DNA of 18,934 nucleotides from Myxococcota bacterium (GTDB lineage Bacteria; Myxococcota; UBA4151), in contig JAYZBQ010000024.1 of assembly GCA_036338695.1 (NCBI GenBank), positions 1 to 18,934 of the forward strand, given 5' to 3'. Shown here in pieces: positions 18,090-18,934 of this stretch (position 1 is its first letter; each line of letters starts with the position of its first letter). Both the position numbers and the translations under genes were made by a program. The notes beneath the pieces are model-generated. The model did not search any database. It was given only the letters and a program-made list of their open reading frames with translations, and was not told the origin of the DNA.

Positions 18090-18182
18090 GAGCCTACAGA
18101 GAAGTGACGCTCTTGGCGTGCGCAAATTCGCTAGCCTCGATAAGCCGACGAGCGGCAAAACAGCCACGCAAAGGAGTAGAAT

Positions 18183-18515
18183 ATGTCGGTCTTTCAGCGC
18201 TGGTCAGAGGGGACACAGCAGCGTGACGCCGAGGCGATGATCAGCTGCTTGCACGCAGACTTCACCTTTATCCGTCACAAGAGCGGCGCAACGATGAATC
18301 GAGCCGAGATGGCGACGATGCTGCGTGGGTTCATGGGGAACCCGAACGTAGTCGTGCGAAGTCAGCGCTGCCTCTATGAGAACGAGGAGGTCCTCGTCGA
18401 ACACTCGGTGATGGACTTTGCGGACGGCTCATCGGAGTCGGTGATCAGCTTTATGCGCCTACGCGACGGCGCCATCATCGAAACTCAGACAGGCGCAACG
18501 CCCATGAGCAGCTGA
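18183..18515 (+). CDS. SnoaL/NTF2-like family protein
   Basis: 110 aa. DAEAMISCLHADF, RCLYENEEVLVEH, LRDGAII. AAGGAG RBS at 18171-18176. Confidence 0.82.
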   Translation: MSVFQRWSEGTQQRDAEAMISCLHADFTFIRHKSGATMNRAEMATMLRGFMGNPNVVVRSQRCLYENEEVLVEHSVMDFADGSSESVISFMRLRDGAIIETQTGATPMSS

Positions 18516-18565
18516 ATCGATTACCCTGCCGGAATGCATCCAGCGCAGGATTGTTCCACAGGTTC

Positions 18566-18934
18566 ATGGAGGGTGCTGTGGACTCCGCACTGATGAGCAG
18601 ATCGCTCCCCGCCGCTCACGCCGAACGCATTCGGCACGTCTCAAGCGGTCAGTGCGAGGGTGCGTTCGTCTTGTACTGGATGCGTACGGCGCTGCGCGCA
18701 CACGATAACCCGGCGCTCGACGTGGCGCTGCACGCCGCCGACGCGCTGGGGTTGCCGGTGTTCGTTTACCACGGACTGAGCGAGCGCTACCCACACGCCT
18801 CGGACCGACACCACACGTTTATCCTCCAGGGTGCGTTGGACGTGCAGCGGGCGCTGCAGGCTCGAGGTGTTGGCACGGCGTTTCACCTCGAACGTGCAGG
18901 GCACCGAGGCGCTCACCTTGCGGAGCTGGCGGAG
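18566..18934 (+). CDS. Deoxyribodipyrimidine photolyase-like protein (class II type), N-terminal part, runs off the window
   Basis: Absent from the ORF track because it has no stop. My translation contains FVLYWMRTALRAHDNPALDVA, LPVFVYHGL and ASDRHHTFILQG. Start may be 18566, 18578 or 18593. Confidence 0.85.
   Translation, partial: MEGAVDSALMSRSLPAAHAERIRHVSSGQCEGAFVLYWMRTALRAHDNPALDVALHAADALGLPVFVYHGLSERYPHASDRHHTFILQGALDVQRALQARGVGTAFHLERAGHRGAHLAELAE

Overview
GC-rich bacterial chromosomal window with about 23 coding regions. Gene style suggests a Myxococcota/deltaproteobacterium-like host, which is inference only. In order: the 3' part of a Zn/Mn-type ABC importer operon (truncated binding protein, two uncharacterised His/Cys-rich lipoproteins, ATPase, permease); an SDR; an AlkA-type glycosylase; a RimJ/RimL-type GNAT; a LysR regulator divergent from a YceI-pirin-NAD(P)H:FMN reductase operon; pdxH; miaE coupled to a GT2-like glycosyltransferase; acnB; a nitronate monooxygenase-family flavoprotein; a second SDR; a secreted PHB-depolymerase/LpqC-type esterase; a STAS/SEC14-like protein; an orphan ORF; a SnoaL/NTF2 protein; and the 5' end of a photolyase-like gene. 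I saw no RNA genes, mobile elements or CRISPR arrays. Best leads: (i) the metal ABC operon, with two accessory lipoproteins (one carrying CHNGHCH = CX4CH) and a permease lacking the canonical Asp/His ligands; (ii) an orphan ORF with an in-frame UGA embedded in a 17-bp SECIS-like hairpin (candidate new selenoprotein); (iii) the miaE-GT2 coupling; (iv) a ~100-nt hairpin just upstream of the second SDR.
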